A stretch of 64,000 nucleotides of DNA from Armatimonadota bacterium. Its GTDB lineage: Bacteria; Armatimonadota; SYMT01. The position numbers and the translations under genes were made by a program. Under the pieces are notes generated by a model, which did no database searches, was not told where the DNA came from, and was given only the letters and a program-made list of their open reading frames with translations. Below are positions 9,875 through 20,395 of this stretch, piece by piece. The DNA is taken from the NCBI GenBank assembly GCA_041690135.1, contig JAWLHY010000003.1, positions 800,001-864,000 of the forward strand, read 5' to 3'. The number at the start of each line of letters is the position of its first letter. The stretch's first letter is position 1.

Positions 9875-10981
9875 ATGAGTTTATTCCCGATTGGACTGGC
9901 TGTCGGTATAGCCCTTCTGGTTTGCACCATGGCAAGCGGCGCGAACGAACGGCGGTCGCACGTGAAACTCCGGGGGATCTACGGGGGAATGCCCACCCAG
10001 ATCCTCGAGCGCGGCAAGACCCTGGCGGATTATGGGGTGAACGCCCTCTGGATCGGTTCCGGCGGCATTACTAAGGAACGGGTGGAGCAGGCGAAAGCCC
10101 AGGGCGCCCGAATCTTCGCCGAGTTCAACACGATGCACGAGGCCGGCTACCTGAAAGAGCACCCGGACGCCGCCCCGGTCGGGACGGACGGCAAAGTCAG
10201 TCCGCCCCCGCAGGGCTGGCAGGGAGTCTGCCCCACCCACCCGGGTTACCGCAAGTATCGGATGGATGCCTTCCGCAAGGTCCTACGCGACCATGCTATC
10301 GACGGCATCTGGTTGGACTACCATCACAGTCACGCCAGTTGGGAGCGCGCGGAACCGGACATGCCGGACACCTGTTTCTGCGGGCGGTGTCTCCGGGAGT
10401 TCCAACGGGCTTCCAGGTTGGAGTTACCCGACCGCCCGGCGGCTGAATTGTCCGTCCTGCTTCTGGGTATGCACCGCCGCGAATGGGTCCGGTGGCGCTG
10501 CGACGTCTTCACGGATTGGGTCCGCGAGTTCCGGCAGATCCTGGACGAGACCCGGCCGGGAGCCCTTCTGGGCACGTTCCATTGCCCCTGGTCCGACGAG
10601 GACTTCGAGGGCGCCCGGATCGAGAAACTTCACATCGACCTGAAGGCCCAGGCGAAGTACGTCGACGTCTTTTCGATCATGCCGTACCACGCGCGCTTCG
10701 GTCACCCGCAGGACCCGGCCTGGATCTCGCGCCAGACAGCGTGGCTCGGCCGCTATCTCGGGATCGAGGGAAAGGAAGGCGAACGGCACCGCATCTGGCC
10801 GATCGTGCAGCTTTCCGATTGGGGAGAAACGGTGCCGGTGGAGCAGGTGAAGGAAGTCCTTGATCACGGCACGCGCCCGCCGTCCACCGGAGTAATGGTC
10901 TTTGCGTGGGCGCGCCTCCACGAAAGCTGGGATAAAGTCGAGGAGATGGGTAGATACTATCGGTCAATCGAGCCCCGATAG
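9875..10981 (+). CDS. Putative glycoside hydrolase-like TIM-barrel protein (GHL10-like), exported
   Basis: Signal peptide; VCPTHPGYR...IDGIWLDY...CFCGRCLREF pattern. Confidence 0.65.
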   Translation: MSLFPIGLAVGIALLVCTMASGANERRSHVKLRGIYGGMPTQILERGKTLADYGVNALWIGSGGITKERVEQAKAQGARIFAEFNTMHEAGYLKEHPDAAPVGTDGKVSPPPQGWQGVCPTHPGYRKYRMDAFRKVLRDHAIDGIWLDYHHSHASWERAEPDMPDTCFCGRCLREFQRASRLELPDRPAAELSVLLLGMHRREWVRWRCDVFTDWVREFRQILDETRPGALLGTFHCPWSDEDFEGARIEKLHIDLKAQAKYVDVFSIMPYHARFGHPQDPAWISRQTAWLGRYLGIEGKEGERHRIWPIVQLSDWGETVPVEQVKEVLDHGTRPPSTGVMVFAWARLHESWDKVEEMGRYYRSIEPR

Positions 10982-11040
10982 GGTTGAAGGTTGAAAGTTC
11001 AAGGTTGAAAGTTGCAGGTTGGCAGGTTTGAAGGTTGAAG
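10982..11040. repeat. Heptamer tandem repeat (AGGTTGA-like)
   Basis: gggttgaaggttgaaagttcaaggttgaaagttgcaggtt... directly after the stop codon. Confidence 0.75.
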
Positions 11041-11115
11041 CCCCCCGCGGGGGCCAGGGGTTGAAGCCCACCTAGAGGTCGGGGCGGTTCAGTGTTCGGC
11101 GAGAGTCGCCACGCA

Positions 11116-11315
11116 ACTCCGGAGAGGTAGTTCGCAGTCCTGGAGGGCCGGTTCCCAGCCCCAGAGGGCGGTTCCCAGCCCCGGAGGGGCAATTCGGAGC
11201 CCCGGAGGGGCGGTTCGGAGCCCCGGAGGGGCGGAAAGAGACGGGCGCCCGCAAGCGGGCAGGGGGGTGCAAACCCCCGGAACTGGGGGCGGCTCACACA
11301 AGCCCCGGAGGGGCG
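11116..11315. repeat. REP-like cluster of ~21-bp tandem units with palindromic core GCCCC-GGA-GGGGC
   Basis: About six consecutive units AGCCCCGGAGGGGCGGTTCGG and variants, plus one more core near 11301. Confidence 0.75.
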
Positions 11316-11482
11316 GCAGAGGTTTGCGTCTTGCGGAGGATTGAATCACCCGGGTCTACGGAGACCGGGGGGCGGGTTACCGTGGACATCGTATTCGCGC
11401 GAGGTAACGCACATAACCCAGGGCGGCGGGTGTTTGCGACGTTTATATCGAGCGCGGAAACATTTTGAGAAAGGGCGGGGCA

Positions 11483-12418
11483 ATGCAGAACATGCGATGG
11501 ATGGCGTCCGGAACCGTGATGTTGGGGCTGGCGGTGACCACTCTGGTCGGGACGCCACGGGAAACGCGGGCGCAGCAACAGCCGGAGGCCCCCACCCCCG
11601 AGGCGATGCCTTCGCCGGAGGAGATCCGCGCGATCTGGCCGGCCAACCTGCAGAAGATCGCCGGACGATATGTGTTCGCCCAGGTGGCCAGCCCAGGCGG
11701 GCTGTGGGAGACCTTTACTCCCAAAAAGGGCGACCCGACTCACAGGCAGGTCTCCCTCAACGAACTTCCCGCCGCCTTCCGAAACCGGCTGCTCAAAGCC
11801 GAGATCACGATCTCCCAGCTGCAGGCGCCCACCGTTGTCCAGGCCAACCAGCGCCTCAGCCCCTCCAAACGGGGGATGCTCCGCTTCTACTCCGAGGCCG
11901 GGATGGGCCGGGTGGAGGTTAAGAATCTTCCGGGTGTGGCGGGCCGCGATGGCGACACGGGAAACTTCAAGGGACCGGTCGCCCTGCGCCTCGAGCACCA
12001 GAGCCACTCCAACCCCTCCGTGAATGGGGTGCTCTATCAGCGGCTGCAGGCCGAGAAGACGTGGGGGGCGGCCACGCTGGACTACGCCGATCTTCTCGCG
12101 CACTCGCTCCCGCCGGCTCCCAAGCCAGAGTCCGGCAAAGCCGCGCCCGAAGGGGCCGGGGCCGCAAAGGAAGAGAAGGAGGCGAAGGAGGCAAAGGAAG
12201 ACAAGGAAGAGCATGAGGACGAGCATGCGGGGGAGACCGTGCTCACCAACGCCCGCATCCTGCGCAGTGGGGTCGAAATCTTTGCCTTCGTCGAATGGAC
12301 GGAGAAGACGAACAAAGGCGACCGGCGCATCATGGGCAGCGTCCGGCTGATGAAGCAGGACGACGCGAAGCCGCAGACACCTGCGCCGCCCCTCGACGGA
12401 GTTACTTCTCGCCTTTGA
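11483..12418 (+). CDS. Exported hypothetical protein
   Basis: Signal peptide, long ORF with a charged linker. Confidence 0.7.
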   Translation: MQNMRWMASGTVMLGLAVTTLVGTPRETRAQQQPEAPTPEAMPSPEEIRAIWPANLQKIAGRYVFAQVASPGGLWETFTPKKGDPTHRQVSLNELPAAFRNRLLKAEITISQLQAPTVVQANQRLSPSKRGMLRFYSEAGMGRVEVKNLPGVAGRDGDTGNFKGPVALRLEHQSHSNPSVNGVLYQRLQAEKTWGAATLDYADLLAHSLPPAPKPESGKAAPEGAGAAKEEKEAKEAKEDKEEHEDEHAGETVLTNARILRSGVEIFAFVEWTEKTNKGDRRIMGSVRLMKQDDAKPQTPAPPLDGVTSRL

Positions 12419-12941
12419 TCGTCTTGTAAGCGCTCAATGCCAGGTTGGCCGCATCCAGCCAGCGGTTGAGCTGGGTTTCGGCCCGCTGGTTCTGCGTCCG
12501 GCGGATGCGCCATTCTGTAAAGGCCGGGTCGCGGGTCTCGCGGTCGAAGGCGTCGAGGCGTTCGATCAAGATGTGGGGGTACTTGGTGGAGAACTGCTGG
12601 GTCTCCACCAGGTGGCTCCGGGTCATCCGCTGGAAGATCGGTCCGCCCGGAGAGACATCCCGCAGGAAGGCGATCGTCCCCACCAGGATGCGCTCCACCA
12701 TGGTTAACCGGAGCTGGCCGTGGTCGATCCCCGGCGGCGCCGGCATCACGGAGATCTGGTCCCGGTGCCGGTGGTAGCGCCGGAGGAGCACCAGTTCGCT
12801 GCATCGTCCCGCCAGCAGTTCTTCTACCCGGATTTGCACCGCCGAGCTGTAGGCACGCTCCGCCGGGGTGTAAGGGGTATCCGTACGCACCCCGAAGAGA
12901 TCCTGGTGCTCCGCCGGCATCCGCTCCGCTGAAAAGGGCAT
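12402..12941 (-). CDS. Hypothetical protein
   Basis: 179-aa ORF with AGGGAGGA upstream of ATG; convergent overlap with the previous gene. Confidence 0.65.
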   Translation of the reverse strand: MPFSAERMPAEHQDLFGVRTDTPYTPAERAYSSAVQIRVEELLAGRCSELVLLRRYHRHRDQISVMPAPPGIDHGQLRLTMVERILVGTIAFLRDVSPGGPIFQRMTRSHLVETQQFSTKYPHILIERLDAFDRETRDPAFTEWRIRRTQNQRAETQLNRWLDAANLALSAYKTIKGEK

Positions 12942-13242
12942 GGGGGTTCCTCCCTGCTTTCCAATTGGCCTTCCCGCTCTCTTTATTCCCGCCAGCCCGA
13001 AAGCCGTAACGGCGCTGCAGCTTAAGCACGCCCCCCAGATTTAAGACAGCCCGGAGGTTCAATCTCGCGTGTTGCGGGAAGATCTGTGATTGCCGCGCTT
13101 TGACGAGAACCGCTGGTCGCGCGATCCGATCGTTGGGGAGCCGGGAACCGCCGATAGGGGCGTCCGGCTGGTCCGCTTGACGTGCCCCGGGCCATGAGGT
13201 CCCCACGGTTCCGCCGCCGGCAGAGGATCCGGGAGAGAACCG

Positions 13243-13794
13243 ATGACGGACGAAAGCCCTACCCTGGAACTGGCTCACACCACGCCCGGCCGCATCCGTT
13301 TCCGCTGGCGCGGCGGGACGGAGCCGCCGACTGCCCTGCTGGATCGCCTCCGCGCCCTACCGGACATCCAATCGGTTGAGTTCCGGCGACCGAGCCGGAG
13401 CCTGGTCGTGCTCCATCAAAACGGGCTCGGGGTGGAGGACGTCCGTGCCCTGGGCCGCGAGTTCGCCGTGGAGGTGCGGGAGCCGGAGACACAGGCCCCG
13501 GCGGCCCCCACGAAGACGGACGCGGATCCCCTCGGCGCGTCGACCTCCACTGCTCTCCCCGGTACACCCCAGAGCCCCTGGGAGCAGTACACCGCGGACT
13601 TCGAGGCGATCCTGCTCGTGGGCCTCCTGGTCAACTGGATCCGCGACCTGGTGATCTCGCGGACCCTGCGGCCCGGCACGATCATCCTGATCCTGCTGAC
13701 CCTGATGAATCTCTGGCAGTACTGGCAGAAGCGCTGGGCGGGTGAGAAAGACGCAGAAGAAAGAGCACCGGAGTTGGAAACGCTGACCGCATGA
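13243..13794 (+). CDS. HMA2-like domain membrane protein
   Basis: HTTPGRIRFR...SRSLVVLH motif plus C-terminal hydrophobic helices; ATGA overlap with the ATPase. Confidence 0.7.
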   Translation: MTDESPTLELAHTTPGRIRFRWRGGTEPPTALLDRLRALPDIQSVEFRRPSRSLVVLHQNGLGVEDVRALGREFAVEVREPETQAPAAPTKTDADPLGASTSTALPGTPQSPWEQYTADFEAILLVGLLVNWIRDLVISRTLRPGTIILILLTLMNLWQYWQKRWAGEKDAEERAPELETLTA

Positions 13795-16700
13795 ACGTCG
13801 CCTCTTCCATCCAGATAGATCCGATCCAGGTCCTCCACGCGGCCGTTCCGGGCCGGGCCCGCCTCCACGTCCCGGCGGTCAAGAAGAAGCCGCGGACTGC
13901 CGAACGGCTCCGCACCGCCCTCGCGGCCCTGCCCGGGGTTGCGGCCGTCACCGTGAGCACGGTGACGGCCAATTTGCTGGTGGAGTTCGATCCGGCCCGG
14001 TGCGGCCTGCGGGATCTGGGTAACGGCATACGCGCGTTTCTCGGCCTGTCTCCGGCCGGCGGGAGTGAAGGGACTCCGGAAGCCGGGAGCCGAAAGGCCG
14101 TTTCTCATCCAAGACCCGAAGAGACCCAGGTCGCCTCGCCCACACCCTCCGACCGGCCGCGGGAGCTTTACCTCCGGATCTCCGAAGCCCCGGTGGAAGC
14201 CGTGCTCCGCCGCCTCGGCGTGCCGGACCTCAACGGGCTGTCCCCCGCCGAGGTGGAGCGACGTGCCGCGGAAGCGCGCGCGCGGGCGTTCCGGCCGATG
14301 GGGCGGCGCAAGTGGTCCGATATTCTCCGGGAGCAGTTCGTCTCGGTCCCTACCCTGATGCTGGGGGCGGCGATGGTCGTCTCCTACTTCACCGCCAGCC
14401 GGATCGATGCGCTGGTCATTGGCGCGGTCCTTGCGCTGAACGGGGCCATCGGCGCCTACACGGAGCGGTACGCGGAGGGCGCCATCGAGGCGCTGCGGAA
14501 GCTGGGCCATCCCCAGGCGCATGCGGTCCGCGGCGGCCAGCGCTTGACCATGCCCGCCGAAAAGCTGGTGGTGGGGGATATCATCCGTCTTCGCGCCGGG
14601 GATCTCGTGCCGGCGGATGCCCGCGTGATCGAAGGCACCCTGCTGGTGGATGAGGCGATGCTCACCGGCGAGAGCGAGCCGGTGCACAAGCAGTGCGAAC
14701 CCCTAGAGCACGCAGAGAGCCCGCGGCACGTCTGGGAATTGGGAAACCTGCTCTTCCAGGGAACGGCCGTGTTGGATGGGCGCGCCCGCGCGGTGGTTCT
14801 GGCGACCGGTCGGGACACGGAACTGGGGCGTATCCAGTCGTTGGTCTCCGACGCCGCTCCGCCCCGCACCCAACTTCAGGAGCAGTTGGATGGCCTGGGG
14901 AAATCACTGGGGCTTGGCGCCACCGGCTTCTGCGGCGGCCTCTTCGGCATCGGCATGGCCCGCGGGCAATCGCTGCTCCAGAACCTGCAGACGGCCGTTT
15001 CCCTCGCGGTTTCCGCGGTGCCGGAAGGCCTTCCGGCCGTCGCGACCACGGCCCTGGCAGCCGGGATGAAGCGGATGCTCCGGCAGAAGGTGATCATCCG
15101 GAAACTGCCCGCCGTGGAGGCGCTGGGGAGCGTCACTGTCCTGTGCGTGGACAAGACCGGAACGCTCACCTATAACCGCATGACGGCCTCCCGCTACTGG
15201 CACGAGGGGCGGCACATCCACTACCGCAATGGCGGAGAGCCCGGCTCCGGATCATTCTTCCTGGAAGGGAAGTCGCTCTCGCAGGGGGAAGATCCCGCGC
15301 TCGATGCCATGTTGCGGGTGGGGGCGCTCTGCAGCGAAGCCAAGCTCCGCCGCGAGGGGGACGGGGTCCACATCAGCGGCAGCGCCACGGAGGGAGCCCT
15401 CCTCCTGGCCGCCCAGGCGGGAGGCTATCCCTACCAGGAACTGCGCCGCCGCTATCCCCAGGCGCTCCTCCACCGCCGCAACGAGCACCACCTGCGGATG
15501 GCCTCCGTCCACGAAGACCCCGAGGGCGGCCTGCTCGTCGCGGTGAAGGGATCGCCGGAGGCGGTGCTGGAGCTCTGCACCACGCGGATGCTCCCGGACG
15601 GCACGCGGGTCCCGCTCACCGAGATCGACCGCGCGAATTACCGGCGGGCCAACCGGGAACTGTCGGAAGACGGCCTGCGCGTGCTGGGATTTGCCTGCGG
15701 CAAGAAGCCGGACGAGGCGCTGCACAACGGCCATCTGGAGCAGTTGACGTGGCTCGGGCTCGTCGGGCTGGAAGACCCGGTTCGCTCCGGCGTGGCGGAG
15801 TCGATCCGCCGTTGTCGGGAGGCGGGAGTGCGCACCGTGATCCTCACCGGCGATCAGCGGGGAACGGCCCTGGCGGTGGCCCGGGCTTTGGAGCTGGAAA
15901 ATGGCTATGGCCAGGTGATGGAAGCTCCCGACCTGGAAGGGATGACCCCGGAAGAGGTGGCGCGTACGGTGGAACAGACGGCGGTGTACGCCCGCGTCTC
16001 ACCGGAGGATAAGCTGCGGATCGTCCAGGCGCTCCAGGCGGCGGGCCACGTGGTCGCCATGACGGGGGACGGCATCAACGATGGTCCCGCGCTCAAGGCG
16101 GCGGATATCGGCATCGCGATGGGCGAGGGGAGCAGCGATGTGGCCCGGGAACTGGCCGACGTGGTCCTCACCCGGAACGACTTCGAAGGCCTGGTAACGG
16201 CCGTGGAACAGGGTCGCGTGATCTTCGCGAATATCCGCCGCACCCTGCGCTACCTGGTGGCCTCCAATGTCTCCGAATTACTGCTGGCCGGCGTGACGCT
16301 CCTGGCCCGGGTGCCCTTCCCGTTCCAGCCGATCCAGATCTTGTGGCTCAACCTCATCTCGGACGTCTTTCCGGCCCTGGCGCTGGTGCTGGAGCCGAGC
16401 GACCGGGACGTGATGCGCGAGCCGCCCCGCAAGCCGGGCACCCCGCTGGTGGGGCGGTCGGACTGGGGCCGGCTAGGGACAGATGCCACGGTGATCGGGG
16501 GTTCCACCCTGGGCGCCTACCTCTGGGCGGCCCGGCGGTACGGCTTCGGGCCCACCGCCGCGGCGGTGGCATTCACGGCCATGACGGTCGGCGAGGCGCT
16601 GTACGCGCTCTCCTACGGGGGCCGTTCCGCGGAACCGAGCCGGTCCAGTCACGGAGCGTTGGCGGCCAGCACAGTCGGCGTGGTCGGTCTGCAACTGGCA

Positions 16701-16934
16701 GTCAACCATTGGGAGCCGCTACGCCGGCTCCTCCACGGAGCGCCGTTGGGCCGCGCCGATTACGCGGTTGCGCTCACGGCTGCCGTTTTGCCCGCTGCCT
16801 GGGCTACGGTGCGGAACCACTTTCTCTGCCGCCAGGATACGCGTGCCCTACCTGCTCCGGCCGCACCGGTGGAGGAGTCGCCTGTTAAAACCCCAGGGGT
16901 TGAGAGCCCGGTGCTACTCGCCCGGGCCGCGTGA
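13791..16934 (+). CDS. Cation-transporting P-type ATPase (type II-like) with N-terminal HMA2-like domain
   Basis: TGES, PEGL, DKTGTLT, KGSPE, TGD, TGDGINDGPALKAADIG. Confidence 0.95.
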   Translation: MNVASSIQIDPIQVLHAAVPGRARLHVPAVKKKPRTAERLRTALAALPGVAAVTVSTVTANLLVEFDPARCGLRDLGNGIRAFLGLSPAGGSEGTPEAGSRKAVSHPRPEETQVASPTPSDRPRELYLRISEAPVEAVLRRLGVPDLNGLSPAEVERRAAEARARAFRPMGRRKWSDILREQFVSVPTLMLGAAMVVSYFTASRIDALVIGAVLALNGAIGAYTERYAEGAIEALRKLGHPQAHAVRGGQRLTMPAEKLVVGDIIRLRAGDLVPADARVIEGTLLVDEAMLTGESEPVHKQCEPLEHAESPRHVWELGNLLFQGTAVLDGRARAVVLATGRDTELGRIQSLVSDAAPPRTQLQEQLDGLGKSLGLGATGFCGGLFGIGMARGQSLLQNLQTAVSLAVSAVPEGLPAVATTALAAGMKRMLRQKVIIRKLPAVEALGSVTVLCVDKTGTLTYNRMTASRYWHEGRHIHYRNGGEPGSGSFFLEGKSLSQGEDPALDAMLRVGALCSEAKLRREGDGVHISGSATEGALLLAAQAGGYPYQELRRRYPQALLHRRNEHHLRMASVHEDPEGGLLVAVKGSPEAVLELCTTRMLPDGTRVPLTEIDRANYRRANRELSEDGLRVLGFACGKKPDEALHNGHLEQLTWLGLVGLEDPVRSGVAESIRRCREAGVRTVILTGDQRGTALAVARALELENGYGQVMEAPDLEGMTPEEVARTVEQTAVYARVSPEDKLRIVQALQAAGHVVAMTGDGINDGPALKAADIGIAMGEGSSDVARELADVVLTRNDFEGLVTAVEQGRVIFANIRRTLRYLVASNVSELLLAGVTLLARVPFPFQPIQILWLNLISDVFPALALVLEPSDRDVMREPPRKPGTPLVGRSDWGRLGTDATVIGGSTLGAYLWAARRYGFGPTAAAVAFTAMTVGEALYALSYGGRSAEPSRSSHGALAASTVGVVGLQLAVNHWEPLRRLLHGAPLGRADYAVALTAAVLPAAWATVRNHFLCRQDTRALPAPAAPVEESPVKTPGVESPVLLARAA

Positions 16935-16953
16935 GGGCGTCCGGAAAACCTGG

Positions 16954-16999
16954 CAATAGCGGTTCATAGGAACACCCTCGGTCCTATGAACCGCTATTG
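16954..16999. terminator. Hairpin between convergent genes, probable bidirectional terminator
   Basis: 18-bp perfect inverted repeat CAATAGCGGTTCATAGGA / TCCTATGAACCGCTATTG. Confidence 0.7.
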
Positions 17000-17076
17000 G
17001 CAGAGGCGCATCCTGGTCTCCAACTCCCGCCGGCGCCGAGGAGACGGTCGGGAGAATCTGCCCGAACCGTCGCTGT

Positions 17077-18501
17077 TCAAACCAGGATATCGGTCAGCAC
17101 CTTCGCGCCTTCCACGCCGGTGAGCTTCGCGTCGAGGCCCTGGAACTTGACGCTGAAGGCGTCGTGCCGGATCCCGAGCTGGTGGAGCATGGTGGCGTGC
17201 AGGTCGTGGACGGTGCAGACGTTCTCCACGGCGGCGTACCCCAGTTCGTCGGAGGCGCCGTAGACCATGCCGCCCTTCACGCCGCCGCCCGCCAGCCAGA
17301 CGGACATGGCCTTGTTGTGGTGGTCGCGCCCGCTGCCGCCCTGGGACATGGGGGTGCGGCTGAACTCGCCGGACCACACGATCAAGGTGCTCTCCAGCAT
17401 CCCCCGGCGCTTGAGATCCGTGATCAGCGCCATGCAGGCGCGGTCGATCTCCTCCGCTTTGAACTCCACCCCCTGTTTGATGCCGCCGTGGTGGTCCCAG
17501 TCCTTGTGGTAGAGCTGCATGAAGCGGACGCCGCGCTCGGCCAGGCGGCGCGCCAGGAGGCAGTTGGAGGCGAAGGAGCCGTCGCCGGGACGGCAGCCGT
17601 ACAATTCCAGCGTCTTCGGGTCCTCATCGCGGAGGTCCATCAACTCGGGGACGCTGGCCTGCAGTTTGAAGGCCAGCTCGTACTGGGCGATGCGGGTGGC
17701 GATCTCCGGGTCGCGGACGAGCGCGTCGTGCTGCTGGTTGAGGGCGTTGATGGCGCTCACGTCGGCGCCCTGGCGCTCGCGGGAGATGCCGGCGGGGTTG
17801 GAGAGGTAGAGGACCGGATCGCCCTTGCCCCGGAGCTGGACGCCCTGGTATTTGCTGGGCAGGAAGCCGCTGCTCCACTGCCGCGCGGCGATCGGCTGGT
17901 TCTGGCCGCCCCGTCCGAGGGAGGTGAGCACGACAAACCCCGGCAGGTCTTCCGCGTCGGTGCCGAGGCCGTAGGTGACCCAGGACCCCATGCTGGGGCG
18001 ACCGGCGATCTGCGAGCCGGTGTTGATGAACATGTGCGCCGGGTCGTGGTTGATCGCCTCGGTGGTCATGGAGCGGATGAGGCAGATATCGTCGATCACC
18101 GAGCCAAGGTGCGGGAAGAGCGAGCAGATCTCGATCTGGTTCTTCCCGAACTTGGAAAACGGGTGCTGCGGCCCGAAGCAGATGAGCTGCTGCCCCTGGA
18201 GCTGGGCCAGTTGCTGCCCCTTCGTCAGGCTCTCCGGCATCGGCTTGCCGTGCATTTCGGCAAGCTTCGGTTTGGGGTCGAAAGTTTCCAGGTGGGAGGG
18301 CCCGCCCGCCATGGTCAACCAGATGACCCGCTTCGCTTTCGCCGGGAGCGGGAGCGTTTTCAACACCCCCCCGTTGGGCGCGGCCGTGGCCCGGTCGGCG
18401 GCCAGCAGCGAGGCGAGGGCCGCGACGCCCACGCCCTGCGAGGCTTTGCCGAGGAAGGCGCGGCGGGTGAAGTGCTCTCGAATGCGTTTCGGGTCTTCCA
18501 T
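17077..18501 (-). CDS. DUF1501 family protein
   Basis: TRRAFL; MAGGPSHLETFDPKP; DWDHH; GEFSRTP; GRDHH. Confidence 0.93.
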   Translation of the reverse strand: MEDPKRIREHFTRRAFLGKASQGVGVAALASLLAADRATAAPNGGVLKTLPLPAKAKRVIWLTMAGGPSHLETFDPKPKLAEMHGKPMPESLTKGQQLAQLQGQQLICFGPQHPFSKFGKNQIEICSLFPHLGSVIDDICLIRSMTTEAINHDPAHMFINTGSQIAGRPSMGSWVTYGLGTDAEDLPGFVVLTSLGRGGQNQPIAARQWSSGFLPSKYQGVQLRGKGDPVLYLSNPAGISRERQGADVSAINALNQQHDALVRDPEIATRIAQYELAFKLQASVPELMDLRDEDPKTLELYGCRPGDGSFASNCLLARRLAERGVRFMQLYHKDWDHHGGIKQGVEFKAEEIDRACMALITDLKRRGMLESTLIVWSGEFSRTPMSQGGSGRDHHNKAMSVWLAGGGVKGGMVYGASDELGYAAVENVCTVHDLHATMLHQLGIRHDAFSVKFQGLDAKLTGVEGAKVLTDILV

Positions 18502-18596
18502 GGTGGGTGTTCGGGTAGCGGGGTGGGGCGGTTAGTATCCGGGCGTTCGGCGTCTCAGAGAGATATGACACGCAACGGCGCTTCCAGTTTCGGGAG

Positions 18597-18651
18597 GCAG
18601 AAAGACAGCAGTCCCGCCCCCAACGCGGGAGCGGGACTGCTGTCTTTCTGC
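18597..18651 (-). terminator. Long hairpin downstream of the PPIase gene
   Basis: GCAGAAAGACAGCAGTCCCGC...GCGGGACTGCTGTCTTTCTGC, 21-bp stem. Confidence 0.7.
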
Positions 18652-18670
18652 GATCGAGGCTCGCACCGGC

Positions 18671-20395
18671 TTACGGCTTGGAGGCGTCTTTCTTGGCAGC
18701 ACCTTCAGCCTGGGCGTCGCCCTTGCCGTCGGCGGCCTTCTCACCCGGCTTGGTGGTCTTAACTTCCAGGATCTTCGGCTTGCCCGTCTTCGGGTCGATT
18801 TCGCCGGTCTTCACGGTGACTTCCTGGACGACGTCGCCGCCGGACGCGGCGGGCTTGGCGGCGGCGGCGGCCTGCTTCTGGGCCGCTTCCATCGCCTTGC
18901 GATCCTCTTCCTGCTTCACCAGGATCTTGGCCTGCTTGGTGGTCGCCTCGGTGGCCAGGTCCGCGCGGCCCAGTTCCTTGAACTTATCCGACAGGCGAGC
19001 CAGCAGGCCCGTGTCGTTCTTGGACTGCTTCATCGCCTGCTGGAAGGCCTTGAGGGCATCCGTCTTCCGCGGCGTCTTCAGCTTCATCAGCGCCTCGCCG
19101 TAGGCGAAGTGCAGCTCCGGATCGCTGTACGGGCGGACTTCCTTCTCCAGGACGGCGATCGCCTGATCCGGCTGTTTCGCCTCCTGGTAGAGCTGGGCCA
19201 GCTTGTAAGCGAGGCCGGGTCCGGCCCATACGCCGCCGCCCTTGTAGGCTTCGCTGTAGGCGTCGATCGCCGGCTTCAGCTTGGCCGCCGGGTCTTCCAC
19301 CTTGCCGTCTTTCACCGCCGTCAGCGGGTTGCTCGCGGAAGCCTCCTCCGCCAGGTGACCCTTCAGCCACGGGTGCTCGGCGGATACCTGGGCGCGGGCC
19401 TTGTACTCGGCGAACAGCCCTTCGGCGATGGCGTTGCCCACCGCAGTGCGGTAGGAGTCGATCGCTTCCTGACGCTTCTTCGCGTCCTTCTGGACCTTCT
19501 CATCGGAAGGCTCGTAGTCGCGGGTTTCGAGCGCCTTGATGACGTGGTAGCCGAAATTGCTCTTCACCGGGGCGCTGACCTCGCCGACCTTCAGGCGGAG
19601 GGAAGCAGCCGTGAACTCCGGCACGAAAGAGGTGGCGGGCTCGCGGGTGGGCTTCTTCTTCGCGTCGGCCGGAGCGGATTCCGGCATGGCGCTCGCCCAG
19701 CCGACGACGCCGTCTTTCACCTTGCTGCCTTCGTCTTCGGAATGCTCGCGGGCGAGCTTGGCGAAGTCCACACCGGTCTTGGCCTGGCGATAGTAACCTT
19801 CAGCCAGCTTCCGGGCCTCGGCTTCGGAGCGCTTGTCGGTCTTCACCAGGATGTGCGCGACCTTCACCTCGACCGGCTTGGCTTCGCGGGTGAGCTTCTC
19901 GCGCAGCCGCTGCGCTTCCATCTGGCGCTGCACGCCCTCGCGGTCCATCGCGGAGCGGAGGACCTGCCGGGCCTGATCCAGCTCATCCTTGGTGGCGCCG
20001 GCGCCGACCGTCTTCAGACGCTCTTCGATCTGGCGATCGATCTCGGCACCCACCTCGCCGCTGCTCACGCTGACGCCATTGGCGCGGGCCGCCGCGGACT
20101 GGGCGTGCGAGCTGAGGATCTGCTCCCAGGCGAAGCGCGGGAGCTGGCTCAACTGCGCCACGCCGGGCCGGCCGAACATCTCCCGGTAATTGCGGATGAG
20201 GTTCTCGAATTCCTGGGTGGTGATGGTCTCTCCGTTGACCCGCGCGAGCACGCCGGTGCCACGCGCCTGGGCCGAGCCATCCATCCCGCCGTTGTAATTA
20301 AAGGAAAGGAATATACCAAGGATAAAGACGGCGACGAATGCTCCGACCCATTTGGTCATCTCCTGCATTCTTCGTCGGGTGTTTACGAGCGACAT
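18671..20395 (-). CDS. SurA/PrsA-like parvulin peptidyl-prolyl isomerase with TPR region
   Basis: ARVNGETIT; VAHILVK; DFAKLAREHSEDEGS; FVPEF; PVKSNFGYHVIK; TPR-like helices. Confidence 0.88.
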   Translation of the reverse strand: MSLVNTRRRMQEMTKWVGAFVAVFILGIFLSFNYNGGMDGSAQARGTGVLARVNGETITTQEFENLIRNYREMFGRPGVAQLSQLPRFAWEQILSSHAQSAAARANGVSVSSGEVGAEIDRQIEERLKTVGAGATKDELDQARQVLRSAMDREGVQRQMEAQRLREKLTREAKPVEVKVAHILVKTDKRSEAEARKLAEGYYRQAKTGVDFAKLAREHSEDEGSKVKDGVVGWASAMPESAPADAKKKPTREPATSFVPEFTAASLRLKVGEVSAPVKSNFGYHVIKALETRDYEPSDEKVQKDAKKRQEAIDSYRTAVGNAIAEGLFAEYKARAQVSAEHPWLKGHLAEEASASNPLTAVKDGKVEDPAAKLKPAIDAYSEAYKGGGVWAGPGLAYKLAQLYQEAKQPDQAIAVLEKEVRPYSDPELHFAYGEALMKLKTPRKTDALKAFQQAMKQSKNDTGLLARLSDKFKELGRADLATEATTKQAKILVKQEEDRKAMEAAQKQAAAAAKPAASGGDVVQEVTVKTGEIDPKTGKPKILEVKTTKPGEKAADGKGDAQAEGAAKKDASKP

